Shown here: positions 51,687 through 64,000 of the stretch, piece by piece
Position numbering within the stretch: position 1 is the first letter of the stretch
Layout: every line of letters begins with the position of its first letter
Assembly: GCA_951406725.2 (NCBI GenBank)
Contig: OX597827.1
Span: 32,116,001-32,180,000 of the forward strand
Direction of reading: 5' to 3'
DNA length: 64,000 nucleotides
Source: Octopus vulgaris
Taxonomy: Eukaryota
Position numbers and translations under genes: made by a program
The notes under the pieces: generated by a model
Seen by the model: only the letters and a program-made list of their open reading frames with translations
Told to the model about the DNA's origin: nothing
Database searches by the model: none

Positions 51687-52955
51687 TATGTATATATATA
51701 TTTGTATATGTAATATACATATATATGTATATATGTGTGTGTACATGTAAATGTACACATATATATGTGTGTATATACACTAATATTTATACATATACAC
51801 ACACACATACATATTTTTGTGTATAGGTAAAGGGGCGTATATGTGTATATGTAAAAGGGGGAGCTGACAGAATCTCACGGCACTGGACAAAATGCTTAGC
51901 GGCATTTTCATTCCGTATTTACCCTCTAAGTTCAAATTGCTCCAAGATCATCTTTACTTTTCGGGGTCGATAAAATGATGGACCATTTGAGCATTGGGTT
52001 TGATGTAATCGATTTGAAGTGGTACAAGCCTAATATTCTTAATCTGTTCTGCGATCACTTCGACCTGCAATCGCTTCGACCTTCGTAATGTCGATTTAGA
52101 TAGAAGGAGTAATCTAATTTACAGCAAAAACACTTTCATCACAGTAAACAAATCAATTGTGGTGCAACTTGTTCAGCAAAAGCAGTTACAGGATCCTCAT
52201 GTGTCGTTTACGACAGGAAAGACCAAGTTGTGTGCGTGTGTATGAGCATGTATGTATGTGGGTGTGTATGGTAACTCGTTGGCCGAGCATGACCATCGCT
52301 GACTGGAGTGCCAGCAATGACCTCACGCAGGGTTTTAAGACAATTGCCACTCTCACTGGTATTAACAAGACGCCCAGTGACAAGAAGAGTGCAAGATGTT
52401 CGGCTCAATAGAGCAGCAGGTCTTATATACGAGTTGGCATTGTCCTAAAGGGATGCCTTGACAACGATCTGGGGTCCCTCATTCCCATTGGGTCTACTAC
52501 GCCATTGGACACCAACCCGTGTATTTCTACTTCCTGGTGTATGCATACATGCATACATACATACATACATACATACATACATACATACATACATACATAC
52601 ACACACACATACACACATACACACATACTCACATACATACATACATACATACATACATACATACATACATACATACATACATACATACATACATACATTT
52701 CAAACCCATTATGATTCTAGCAACAGGATACAAACCAGCTCGTCTGCAGCTCAGTATGGCTGAAGTTGGGTATTTGGAGAGGGAATGCAAATCCTTAATT
52801 CTTCACCGCAAATGATTACGATATCTGGGACTATAAAAATCTGCAAAACTTCCTTAAGATATAAAGGATGGTGATTAATAGAAGACACTTTCCTGCATAA
52901 CCTTGCTACCAAGTAGGAGGCCGGCCAGAATTTAGTTTAAAGAGAACACATACAT

Positions 52956-53017
<62 letters not shown>

Positions 53018-54330
53018 CGCGCGCACGCACGCATGCATGCATACAAGTGTGTGTATATATATTTATATATATTCATGTATAGATAGGCATATTTACATAT
53101 TTGCACATATATTCCCATATACTCGTCTGTCTGTTTGGCTCTCTCTCTCTCTCTCTCTCTCTCCCTCCGGCATTCTCTTTCCGTTTCAGTAAGCAGTAGC
53201 TCAGAACGTTCGTATTATTGTACACTTTCCAACCATCTTCCAGCCTTGGTCCTTATCCACGACAAGGTTAACAACCTCATTAAGTTTAATATTGCGTCCA
53301 TCCGGCTAAACGCTTATTAACGCGTGAAATGTTTGTCTTTTGCAAATCTCCTTCATGCTAACTCTCATCTGCTTGGTTTTCTCGCGTCTAAAAGGTAGCC
53401 ATATCTGATCTCCTTAAAACATCTCCAATTAAAATGAATCTTGTTGAACATAAAATGCTAACGGACGAGAAATTTCTGCGTTTGCTTGCATTTAGCCAAG
53501 ATCCTTGCATTCATTATTTAATTTTCGTGAAAAATAAACTCCGAGATCATCAAGCAACTATATTTTCTGCGAGTGTTTCTACTTTTTTTTCACGCTTAAC
53601 TACTGTGGTGTAATGCACAACTATTTCAATGCAATGCAACTTTTGAAAAGTAGCATCTTGATTCTATCATTGACGGAACTATTCCAAATATGGTAAAATT
53701 CTTCCATGGCGTTAATTGGCGTCTTTGGCTAAAAGCCCTTGTCCTACTACTTCCAATGTCGCATCGAATATAAAGCGAAAATACGAGATTAGAGAATGTC
53801 GTCACCATGAGAGAACATTTCTAATTTTGGAACGCCAATCACCAAAAAGCATGACTTCTGTTATATATGCACACATACACACTTACTAGACCCGCTATGT
53901 GGTCGCTTGACGTGCTAGAAATATCAACTAATTTACTTGGCATCTTAGGCAAGTATCTTTTACTGTGGCCTCGGACTAACCAAAGCCTTGTGAGTAGATT
54001 TGGTAGATAGAAACTGAAAGAAGCTCGTCGTGCATATATATATAAAATTAATATAGACAGCTGTGTGAATGTGTGACCAAAAAGGAAAACTATAAACGTC
54101 AGTAAATATGAGTAGGGTATTAGAACACCTACATTGCTAGAAATAAGAGCTAAAATGCCCTAATCCTGTATAAAGCACATAATTGTATACACATGCACTG
54201 ACATAGATTGTAATCGCCCGAAAACACCGGTCGAGAAATTCACTACACTGATCGGTCAGTTTCGGCTAATTCCATAACCTCATCAGCAGGGACCGTTGAT
54301 TCGGCTGATTCCGGACTTAATCATCTGTCA

Positions 54331-54366
<36 letters not shown>

Positions 54367-54804
54367 GCGTACGTACGTGTATGTGTGTTTGTGTTTGTCC
54401 CTCACCATCGCTTGACAACTGGTGCTGGTGTGTTACGTCCCCGATCAGGGGAATATCGGCCAGCTCGCCTATAACGTATACATATGTACACACACACATA
54501 TACACACAGAAAGTGAGACAGACAGACAGACAGACAGAAATTAAGAGAAGTTCGCTTTACACCAAGGTTCTGTCTCTACAATCTCTTCAAATTCTTTATT
54601 TTGATTCAGTATAATGTGGTTGTCTCTAATTTATGCTCTGGGCTACGACTTGTGTATTTATCGATTAAATCAACCCCGTTTCTTCACTACAAAAACAAAA
54701 AGTGACACTCATTAAGTGAAACAAATAAACTTGTCGCGAAGAAGCGGCTGGTTTTAAGGTTTCAAGCAAGAAAATTCCTCATTAAAGAAAAAATTAAGTA
54801 AAGC

Positions 54805-55160
54805 AACTCCCGGTATAAGGACGTGTGCAGGAGGGACATGAAGGCGCTCAACATCGACATCAACTCCTGGGAGGACCTGGCAGCGGACCGCACCAGGTGG
54901 AAAAGCACACTTCTCAAACAACTACGGATCGGTGAAGAGAAGCTGTCCGCTGCAGCTGCAGAAAAGCAAGCCCGGCGTAAGGGATCGACAGCCGACAGAC
55001 CGGAATCCACACACAGATGCGATCTAAGTGACCGAAACTGTCATTCTCGCATTGGTCTCTATAGCCACAAGAGGCGCTGCTCAAGCTGAAAGGCCCAACC
55101 TAGACAATAAATGGGAGGATGTGATATCCATGGTCAGCCATGACCGAAGGTGGCCAAAGA
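54805..55160 (+). mobile_element. RTE LINE 3' fragment (different subfamily from 8425-9485)
   Basis: RYKDVCRRDMK...WEDLAADRTRW...CHSRIGLYSHKRRC. Confidence 0.85.
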
Positions 55161-55269
55161 TACGTCACATTTCTTTTCTTTCTAAATTCCTTCTATCTCG
55201 TGAACCATTGACGTTCGCTGTTTACCAATGCAAACTGTTAACATGGACGACATTTGATATCAGAAACAA

Positions 55270-56183
55270 AACTGAACTAAATAACACACTTTGTTTACTT
55301 ATATCATGAGGATTTGCGCCGTGTATCAAAATATCGACATCAAGACGGCTGTGAGCACTGTAAATGTTGTAAGACATGACATGGACAGTTGCAACGGAGA
55401 CGACTGAGCTGTGGCCAGCAGGAAGCGACACAGCAGTCTTCGGACTGCGTCCGCACGCTGAAATTCATCTAACAACTGTAAGACAAGATGATGGAATACC
55501 CGAGTAGATGAATCTGAGCTTGGACGAGGTGTGATAGGTATTGGAGTCCATAGCATGAATGAGGACCTTCACCACCACTCGTACAAGAGACGCAAGAACT
55601 CTGACAGCCAAGGCGAAGGCCAAAGGGAACTAGGCTACCTGCACAGCCTTGGTATCGCAGACAGAAAAGTCGGTGTCTTTCTCAGCCGCACCCAACACCT
55701 GTTAATCCTGAACAATCCGAAGCATCCTGTTCAGCCGGAGTTGTGGTTCTTCTCAGATGAGAGGAGCTTCTGCCAGGAGTAATTGCACAACACCCAGAGC
55801 AACTGGTAGCTTGCCTACAATTCATGTGATGTCCCACACATCACGAAAACCAAGTTCCCCAAAGCTGTGACGGTCTTTGGGTATGTCTCTAGTAAAGGGG
55901 ACATAATGCCGCCCCACATCTTTGAATAGGACCTTACGCTCAAGTCAGTCAGTTAGATGAAGCTAAAGGACACTCTGATCAAACTCCTGCAGGAAGGTCA
56001 TGTGTGGCAGTAAGGTTTGGCCCTTTGCCATACCGCTGGAGAAAGTCAGAAGTGGCCCTCGGAGAATTCTTACCGCTTCATCAATCCCAATTTCTGACCT
56101 AATTCCCCCGATTGTAATTCCAAGGATTAACAGGTGTTGGGTGCGGCTGAGAAAGACACTGAGTGCTCTGCCTGTGATACCGA
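55270..56183 (+). mobile_element. Degraded maT-like transposase remnant
   Basis: WFFSDE.SFCQ and KFP.AV.VFG.VSS.GD.MPPHIF, homologous to the 28139-28715 element. Confidence 0.7.
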
Positions 56184-56510
56184 GGAAATCGACCCCAGGA
56201 CTTATTCTTTGTACGCCTAGTACTTATTCTATCGGTCTCTTTGGCCGAACCGCTAAGTTACGGGGACGTAAACACACTAGCATCGGTTGTCAAGCGATGT
56301 TGGGGGAACAAACATAGACACACAAACATATACAAACACGTACATATATACGACGTGTTGCTTTCAGTTTCCGTCTACCAGATCCACTCACAAGGCTTTG
56401 GTCGGCCCGAGGCTATAGTAGAAGACACTTGCCCAAGGTGCCACGCAGCGGGACTGAACACAGAACTATGTGGTTCGCAAGCAAGCTACTTACCACACAG
56501 CCACTCCTAC
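56184..56510 (-). mobile_element. SINE family A lacking the 3' tail
   Basis: Matches 7740-8084. Confidence 0.88.
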
Positions 56511-57214
56511 TATTAATAAAACATTACAAAGTCTGTGAATTAGCAAACCCATCATAATGTCGAATAGATTGCTTGTCGGTATTTGTTTCGGTTCTCTGCT
56601 GCATGTGTTCAAATGTCGCTAAGAGCAACTTTGTCTTTCATTCGTTCGGGGTCAACAGATTAACAACTCCGATAGAGATGGCAAAAGAACCATAGCAAAT
56701 TCAACAAAACCAAAATGGAGTTCTTTTTTTAACAGATGAAGCAACAATGATAGAAATGAAATGTTACATGAAGAGTAGAAATGGATTGGGCTGACGTAGA
56801 GATTCATTGAAAATGTTTGTAGTCATCAAGATAAATACAATTTCAGTACATTAGTCGTTAAAAGGTCTCTGTACTGTAAATGTGTGTGTGTGTGTGTCTA
56901 TGCGCGCGTGCGTGTATTTTATTTCCTGCTTGCAAATTGGTAGAAATCGCCTGGCTCTCACCAGCAACCGATACTGCTACACATCTCTAAATAAAAACCA
57001 TTTCTGTTAGCATGATTGAAACATTTCTCTGACACTAAAGCTAAGCAAACATTTTAAGATTTATGGTCGCTATGAAGTCTTAAAGTAGAAGGCAATTTCT
57101 CTTTAATATATCATGTGTTCCAGAGTGGCTGTACATGTCTACGGACGTGTGTCTGTTGTGTATATGTATGTTTGTTTATTTGATGTGATCACTGATTGGT
57201 TATTGAGGTATATA

Positions 57215-57263
<49 letters not shown>

Positions 57264-57667
57264 TCATATAAATACATACATATCGCTGTGAGTGTGTACA
57301 CAGTTATAATTTATGCTTGTATGTGTCTGCCTCAGCATGATGTCTGCACATGCACATAATAAAAGAAAGCTTACGCACATAGATGTATACATACATACGT
57401 ACATACATACACTTATACATATATGCAATATTCACAGGTATTTTCAAGGAAAGAACAATGAAGCCGCGGTTATAACATCGAACACGAAATAAATCTGTAC
57501 AGGAAAACGTTAGTTGATAACAATTTCATACAAATTCACCTTTGTGTTTGCTTGTTTTTCTGCCTGACTCTGTTTCTAACTCTCAGTCTGTCTCTGTCTC
57601 TCTGTGTCTGTCTGTCTGTCTGTCTACCTACCTACCTACCTACCTACCTACCTACCTACCTACCTAC

Positions 57668-57778
<111 letters not shown>

Positions 57779-57801
57779 GGAGTAAACACATAAATGTGAA
57801 A

Positions 57802-57839
57802 CTGTCCGATGAACGGCAACGGGAAACTCAGAGTAACAG
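57802..57839 (+). ncRNA. Compact hammerhead fold with U4C core variant
   Basis: CTGT-CCGATGA-ACG-GCAA-CGG-GAAA-CTCAGAG-TA-ACAG, about 25 bp downstream of a (TA)n tract. Confidence 0.5.
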
Positions 57840-57944
57840 GTTTTGTTGAATCAAGCTCAGATAGACACGTATACAAACGATTAATACATGATTTTATATT
57901 ATACACTCGCGGTCTTAAACATCCATCAATATTTAAGCTGTGAT

Positions 57945-58450
57945 TAAGGCGGTGAACAGGCAGAATCGTTAGCACGCCGGGCTAAGTCCAAATTCTGCCG
58001 AGGTCGACTTTGCCTTTCGTCCTTTCGGGGTCGATAAATTAAGTACCAGTTGCGTACTGAGGTCGATGTAATCGACTGGCCCCTCCCCAAACATTTCAGG
58101 CACTGTGCCTAGAGCAGAAAAGAATCGTTAGCACGCCGGACGAAATGCTTAGCGGCATTTCATCCGTTTTTACGTTCCGTGTCCAAATTCTGCCGAGGTC
58201 GACTTTGCTTTTCTTCCTTCCGGAGTCGATAAATTAAGTACCAGTTGCGGACTGAGGTTGTTCTAATCGACTGGCTCCATCCCCCAAAATTTCGGGCACT
58301 GTGCCTAAAGTTCAAATTCCGCCGAGGTCGACTTTGCCTTTCGTCATTCGGGGTCGATAAAATAAATACCATTTAAACAGTGGGGTCGATGTAATCGACT
58401 CCCTCCTCCTCCCGAAATTGCTGGCCTTGTGCTAAAATCTGAAACCAGTC
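57945..58450 (+). mobile_element. SINE family C, tandem trimer
   Basis: Three GCCGAGGTCGACTTTGC.TT...GTCGATAAA.TAA.TACCA cores. Confidence 0.85.
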
Positions 58451-59684
58451 TTTGAGCTTCGATTACATACGCACACAACATACACACACGCATATAGAGA
58501 TGTACAACCGGTGATGAATACAAATGATATGGGAAACGACACAGGAACACACGACATTAAAAAACAAAAATTACCTTCCACTTTAAAAGCTGACTGCGAC
58601 CGTAAATCTTAAAATGTTTGCTTAGCTTCGGTGTCGGAGTAATGTTTAAATCATGTTAACCGGACTGGTTGTTGTTTAAAGAAGAGTAGTGCCATTAGTT
58701 GCTGGCGAGAACCAGGCGATTTCTGCCAGTTTGTAAACAGGAAAGAAAAGACACACACACACACCTGCAGACATTTCCAATACAGACACCGTTTAACTAC
58801 CAAAGTACTGAAATTGTATCTATCTTGATGAATGCAAATACTTTCAGTGAATTTCTGCGTCAGATCATTTTTATTCTTTATATAATATTATGTTTGCTTG
58901 CATTTTCAATCATTTCTTTTGTGTGTGTGCGTGTGTGAGTGTGTGATTTATCGACTAAAAAAAACCAAGTCCATCTTGATTTTGTTGAAGTTGCTATGGT
59001 CCGTTACTATTTCTGTTGGAGTTGTTTTTCTCACGTTAAAGCGATATAATGAGAAATTTGCAATCCATCCCTATTCAATACGCAATATGGATTTTACTTA
59101 TTTATTCATTTCCATTTTTACAAATAATTATAGTTGTAAATACGTCAGTCTCAAGGTTAAAATGTGTATTCCCCCACACACACTCCTCTCACGTACACAC
59201 ACAATACACACACATACAACGATATACTGACTCTTACATATATACACATATACATACGCAGACACGCACACACACACATATATGAACACGGCCGAGTTGA
59301 GAAAGCATTGATTGGAAATCTTATTCGTATGTCTTGAATTTGTAAACTGCTGCAGGCGTTTTGTTACATTTCTAAATAGAGAAATTTATTTTACTTCCCC
59401 CTCGTTGATCGGAATAACTTCCAGATTACAGGAAAATGTTACCTCAGAAAAACTGGTCTCCTATCAATCCATTTCATATCAATATGTAAATTTAAAAAAT
59501 CTTAGTCACTCACTAACGCACCTCTGACCAAGAGATATTCTGTCGATTACAGGTAAGCTCACCGCCATCAATTCACTGTGAAGAAAGTTCACTGTGAGGA
59601 AAGTTTACGGAGAAAATATTCCCATAGTATCTCACCATTCATAGTTAAAATCCATTTTTTGAAAATCAAAAAAAGACAAAAAAA

Positions 59685-60565
59685 AACGCTCACCACCTGA
59701 CGAATAGCGGCCATACCTGCTCACCGTCAAGGAAATGCGCGAGACGCCGCAGCCTCAGCGCATGCCTACGCATCAGCAACCACGGCATGCTCAGCCCTCC
59801 GTTCAGCAACTGTTGGCAGCTGATGGACAAGAGAAATGCGCCCCTTCCACAGAAAGTGAAAAACTATACGCTCCAACTTGTTCAGGCGTGATTCGAGGTA
59901 CTGCACGATGGTCGGACGGTAATAGCTGACGGATGCGATACACGTATTCGCCACCTATACCCGACCTTTCAGTGACATTTTCTTCTCAGTCCATTTCCGA
60001 GTGAGTTTGGCTACTCTAATCGTCCCCTCGTCCCAGTTCTTGTTCACCTGGAGGTCCGGACCGAACCAGACCCCGAGTAGCTTAACCGGTCCGTCTATCC
60101 AGCGCCCTACGACGCTGTTGAACGGCATAGACCTGCCTCTCCAGGTACCGAGTTGCAAGCCGACTGATTTGTCCGGGTTAATCTTCGCTCCTGTCACCAC
60201 TTCATATTCCTTTAGAGCGGTGCCGATCGCCTCGTTGTGCGTGGAGTCGGACATAGCTACAGTGACATTGTCTGCATACGCCAACACGCTCCTCTCGCAT
60301 CCTAGTTCTCGCGGGAAACCGCTCAACGCCTCCATTTTCCGTAGGAGTGACCCTAAGCTCAACACATACAGAAGAGATGAGAGCAAGATACCTTGGCGGA
60401 CCGAACGCAAGATACTAAACGATTCCGATAGGTGGCCACTGTCCTTGACCACCGAGGAGGTGCCATCGTAAATTGTCGAGATCCAGCCCCTGAAAACCGG
60501 TCCAAAGCCGACAGCCCTGGGGACCGCTGCCAGATATCGATGGTCGACCTTATCCAAAGCTTTCT
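59685..60565 (-). mobile_element. L1/Tx1-clade LINE RT fragment
   Basis: KALDKVDHRYL, SVRQG, LAYADN, GAKINPDKS, VKLLGVWFGPDLQ; homologous to 34310-35130. Confidence 0.9.
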
Positions 60566-61424
60566 CTCAACCCCCACCACCACTATCTCAAAACCTTGAT
60601 ACTATACTATCCAGAACCATCTAGAGTTTGGCCATTCTTCAGTTGATGGTGAATGTTTTCATGAACAGTAAAATTGTGTAAATATGAGATATGCCGAGGA
60701 ATGGATAAACCAGAACATCTCAGTGTTACGATAAAAAAAAAGATAGAAGTAGTCTCTTTGCAGTCGCTCAACCCCACCCCACTTTTTTCCTTACATTGCC
60801 AGAAAAGGAAGTGATGTTCCCACGACTCTTTTCGGGGTCTTCAAGAAGATCTCCCTCGACCTCAGACCCTATTCGAATGCTTGTAACGCAGCAGACCCGG
60901 CTAAAGAACCCCAACGTGTAGGTACCTGTGATATATTGGCCGACGGATGAAACGTTTAGCCAAATTTCTCTAAGATCGGATCTAACTCTCATATAATTAA
61001 ACGTTGAATAACGTAGTCGTCAGTTCACTGTACTCGAAAAAGGACAGGATAGCCACGGATGGAACGTTGTCTATTATGTCTGCTCGGCCACAGTTGATAT
61101 GGAATCAACCAATCAAGGAGATGATGTTTGACCCATTATCTCTATCACTGATTCATCAGTAAAGTGAGTTTAACATTCTGCATACTCTATTTTCTTTGTT
61201 CATAACAACGTCACCGAAATATGATGCTTTCTGGATTTTTTGATTGCAGGTTCAAGGAACCGGATTTATTTTTAAAAGGGTATCTTTGTAAAATATAGTA
61301 AATATATAAAGTATAAGAATTCAGATCTATGTGTAATGAATATCGCCATGCAGTTAAGCAAACGATGTCTTGATGTTAGTGTGTGGGTGGGAAGACACAT
61401 TTTAAGCTTGGAAGCGACATATTT

Positions 61425-61742
61425 GGCCCGGCACTCCGTCGATGACGACGACGAGTGTTACAGTTGATCCGATCAGCGGAACAGCCTGCATCTGAAATTA
61501 GCGTGCAAGTGGTTGAGTACTCCACAGATACATGTAACCTTAAAGTTGTTCTCAAGGAGATTCTGCATGACCCACAGAATGTGTCGAGGTTGGCCCTTTG
61601 AATCACAGGCAGAAATTTGCCAGCTAAGTGGGCTGGAACAACCTGAAATAAAGTGTCTTGCTCAAGAATGCAAAGCGCCACCAGGAATTGGATTAATGAG
61701 CTTATAGTCATTAGCCAAATACCCCAGTCATGCGCCTTCACT
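61425..61742 (-). mobile_element. SINE family D (CORE-like tRNA SINE) with an 11-bp TSD
   Basis: GCGACATATTT at 61414-61424 and 61743-61753; minus strand has a TCTTGAGCAAGACACTTTATTTC CORE-like block. Confidence 0.8.
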
Positions 61743-62056
61743 GCGACATATTTACAACAATAATTGATAGTAAAAATGAAAATAAATAAATGAGTAAAGT
61801 CCATATTGCATGTGGAATAGAAATGGAACGCAAATTCCTCATTATGTTGCTTTAATGTGAGAAAAATAACCCAACAGAAACAGTAATGGGCCAGTAACTA
61901 CAACAAAATCAAAATCATATTGTGCTTTTAATCGATAAATCAAAAATAAAAAAAAAATTATGTCAAAATCATGCCAGCAAGCAAAATATTATTTAAAGAG
62001 TAAAAATGGATTGATTTGTCGTAGAAATGAAATAAAGAACCAACTAGTTTCGTGGT

Positions 62057-62272
62057 TCTATACTTAAGAGATGAGGAATTATGTACATTATTTATATTAT
62101 TTACATTGCTTACATTTGACGGATATTTGTCCTCTTCTTGCTTGTTGTTAACACAACGTTTCGGCTGATATATCCTCCAGCCTTCATCAGGTGTCTTGGG
62201 GAAATTTCGAACCTGAACCCATATTTCAAGATGAGGACAAAAATCCGTCAAATGTAAATAATGTAAATAATG
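62057..62272 (-). mobile_element. Second insertion of the 36880-37455 HHR family (centre deleted), intact HHR at 62150-62195
   Basis: Minus strand GACAC-CTGATGA-A-GGCTG-gaggatatat-CAGCC-GAAA-CG-TT-GTGTT; near-TSD TAGTTTC(G/T)TGGT at 62045-62056 / 62273-62284. Confidence 0.8.
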
Positions 62273-62703
62273 TAGTTTCTTGGTCTTTATTGCTTATTGG
62301 GTTTCGTTCATTCCTTTCTCTCCAAATATATCGAGCTAAAAGCAGCGGAAATTTTATTTATTGAGATATTAACAAATTAGGTACCTGGAACAGCTCATTT
62401 GCATAATGATACGAGAAGGACACAGCGACATAAATTACAATGATGCCAAACAAAACAACACTTACGAATAAATAAGTATAAGACTTAAACGCTTAAGAAA
62501 TCGCTAAAGATAGCCCAGTCCAGATTTAATATTGATAAAAGAACCGTTAGAATGCAAGAAAAAAGCCTTATGGAACTTGTCCGGCGCAGAAGTCAACTTT
62601 ATCTTTCTTTCCACTGAGATCGATAAATAAATAAAGTACTAAAAGACCAATGATATCCACCGAAATTCTTCCCTCAAAATTGCCTTCTACTAAAACTTGA
62701 AAA

Positions 62704-62769
<66 letters not shown>

Positions 62770-63317
62770 GAGTGAGAGAGCAGTGCATGCCATCAAACTG
62801 GGGTAAAATATACGAAGCCCAATATACCCATCATGACTACCCGTCTGATAAGGGTACACCAGGCACATGCATCACAACCATATGTGCACGACATGGTGAT
62901 CTCATATCAAGATAAACAGCACATGACCTTGCAGGTGGGGCCCAGTTAGAATTTTCTTCAGGTTGAGTAGCCCATCCCGATCAAAAGGTCCCTGAATAAG
63001 GATTGTTTAAGGATGTTGAAAGAACCACCCATGTTTCCAGAGGTAAATTATTCAAACCCCAAAGAATCCCTCTCAACACATGGCTATGATGCTCCCCCAC
63101 TACTTCTGCTCGTGATCAGAGATGCACATATCATCAGCCACTAAGGGACATGCTCTGGTTAAGGTCAAACAACTGACAAGCAAATCTGTGGTATTGAGCA
63201 GAATATTTGCTGTAGCCCATCTTTTATACCAAGACAAAACAATGTACATGATAACACTTCCAATCAGTTAAGATCAGAAGCCATGAGAGCCACTGCCTGG
63301 TACTGCATCAGGGCATT
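62770..63317. repeat. Unclassified 550-bp element bounded by (ATT)n tracts
   Basis: More GC-balanced block sharply bounded by (TTA)n on both sides; no ORF; family not identified. Confidence 0.4.
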
Positions 63318-63342
63318 TATTATTATTATTATTATTATCATC

Positions 63343-63374
<32 letters not shown>

Positions 63375-63378
63375 TATC

Positions 63379-63410
<32 letters not shown>

Positions 63411-63454
63411 CATTATCATTATCATCATTATTATTATTATTATTATTTTTATCA

Positions 63455-64000
63455 TTCAGTAGTTTTATTTTTATAGCGTGCTTTCACTTCACTACCGAGC
63501 GCAGCTCTGTGTGCCTTGGGTATGTGCTGTGATTTGTTGTGATGCTCTGATTGTTACTGTATTGAAAGTGTTCTGCGTAGGATGTGTGCAGTGCCTTGTA
63601 GTTCAATTTTCTGTATGTTATATGTGTTTGTAAGTCCTGGTGTTTTTGTTATGTATTTATCTGAATTTGTTTTTTTATCATACCTAATGCACCAACTATG
63701 ATAGGAATTGTTTCTGTTTTTAGATTCCACATTCTAGTTACCTCTATTTCCAGGTCTTTGTATTTTGAAAGTTTCTCCATTTCTTTTTGAGATACGTTGT
63801 CATCTGCTGGTATTGATACATCAATTAGAAAGCATTTTTTTCTTCATGATCTCTGACAACTATATCTGGTCTGTTGGCCTTAATTTCTCTATCTGAGTGT
63901 ATTGGCATATCCCAGAGTATGGTTGCTTTCTCGTTTTCTGTGACCTATTCTGGTGTGTGCCTATACCATCTTTTTTCTGTTGTTATTCCATAATGTTGGC
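63455..64000 (-). mobile_element. R4/Dong-clade LINE 3' end with restriction-like endonuclease (continues beyond window)
   Basis: Minus translation WY.H.PE...ILWD.....DR.I.ANRPDIVV...LIDVSIP...EK..KY.DL...IPIIVGALG...GTAHILRR; 3' end abuts (TAA)/(TGATAA)n. Confidence 0.9.

Larger units (their letters stand above)
58945..61942. repeat. Pair of about 240-bp degenerate inverted repeats (58945-59185 and 61378-61942, the latter split by a SINE)
   Basis: GCAATATGGATTTTACTTATTTATTCATTTCCATTTTTAC mirrored by GTAAAAATGAAAATAAATAAATGAGTAAAGTCCATATTGC, with flanking similarity. Confidence 0.7.

Noticed and set aside
57945-58450. Regularly recurring 40-bp core resembling a CRISPR array
   Set aside because: The intervening sequences are homologous SINE parts, the context is eukaryotic and there are no cas genes

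Overview
AT-rich, microsatellite-saturated animal genomic DNA with no host protein-coding exon that I can support. The mix of tRNA-derived SINE families, RTE, CR1, Tx1, R4/Dong and Penelope retroelements, mariner/maT remnants and (TA)n/(CA)n/(TATC)n tracts strongly suggests an octopus (coleoid cephalopod) intron or intergenic region; this is inferred from repeat recognition, not from a database search. Almost all short ORFs in the track are translated microsatellites, and the real coding remnants are all transposon-derived. The most notable unannotated structure is a set of apparently unrelated small elements, mostly embedded in (TA)n and often arranged as inverted repeats, that carry type I hammerhead ribozyme (HHR) folds. 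These include a 353-nt tandem retrozyme-like unit with a canonical HHR and a covarying sister copy, a near-perfect 285-bp palindrome whose HHR has a G3:C8 core swap, a tRNA-headed HHR element inserted head-to-head with a 13-bp TSD, and Penelope ends with extended or variant HHRs. A SINE family also shares a covarying 3' hairpin with the local CR1 LINE. Coordinates were read by eye; element boundaries are approximate to roughly 10-20 bp unless a motif is quoted.
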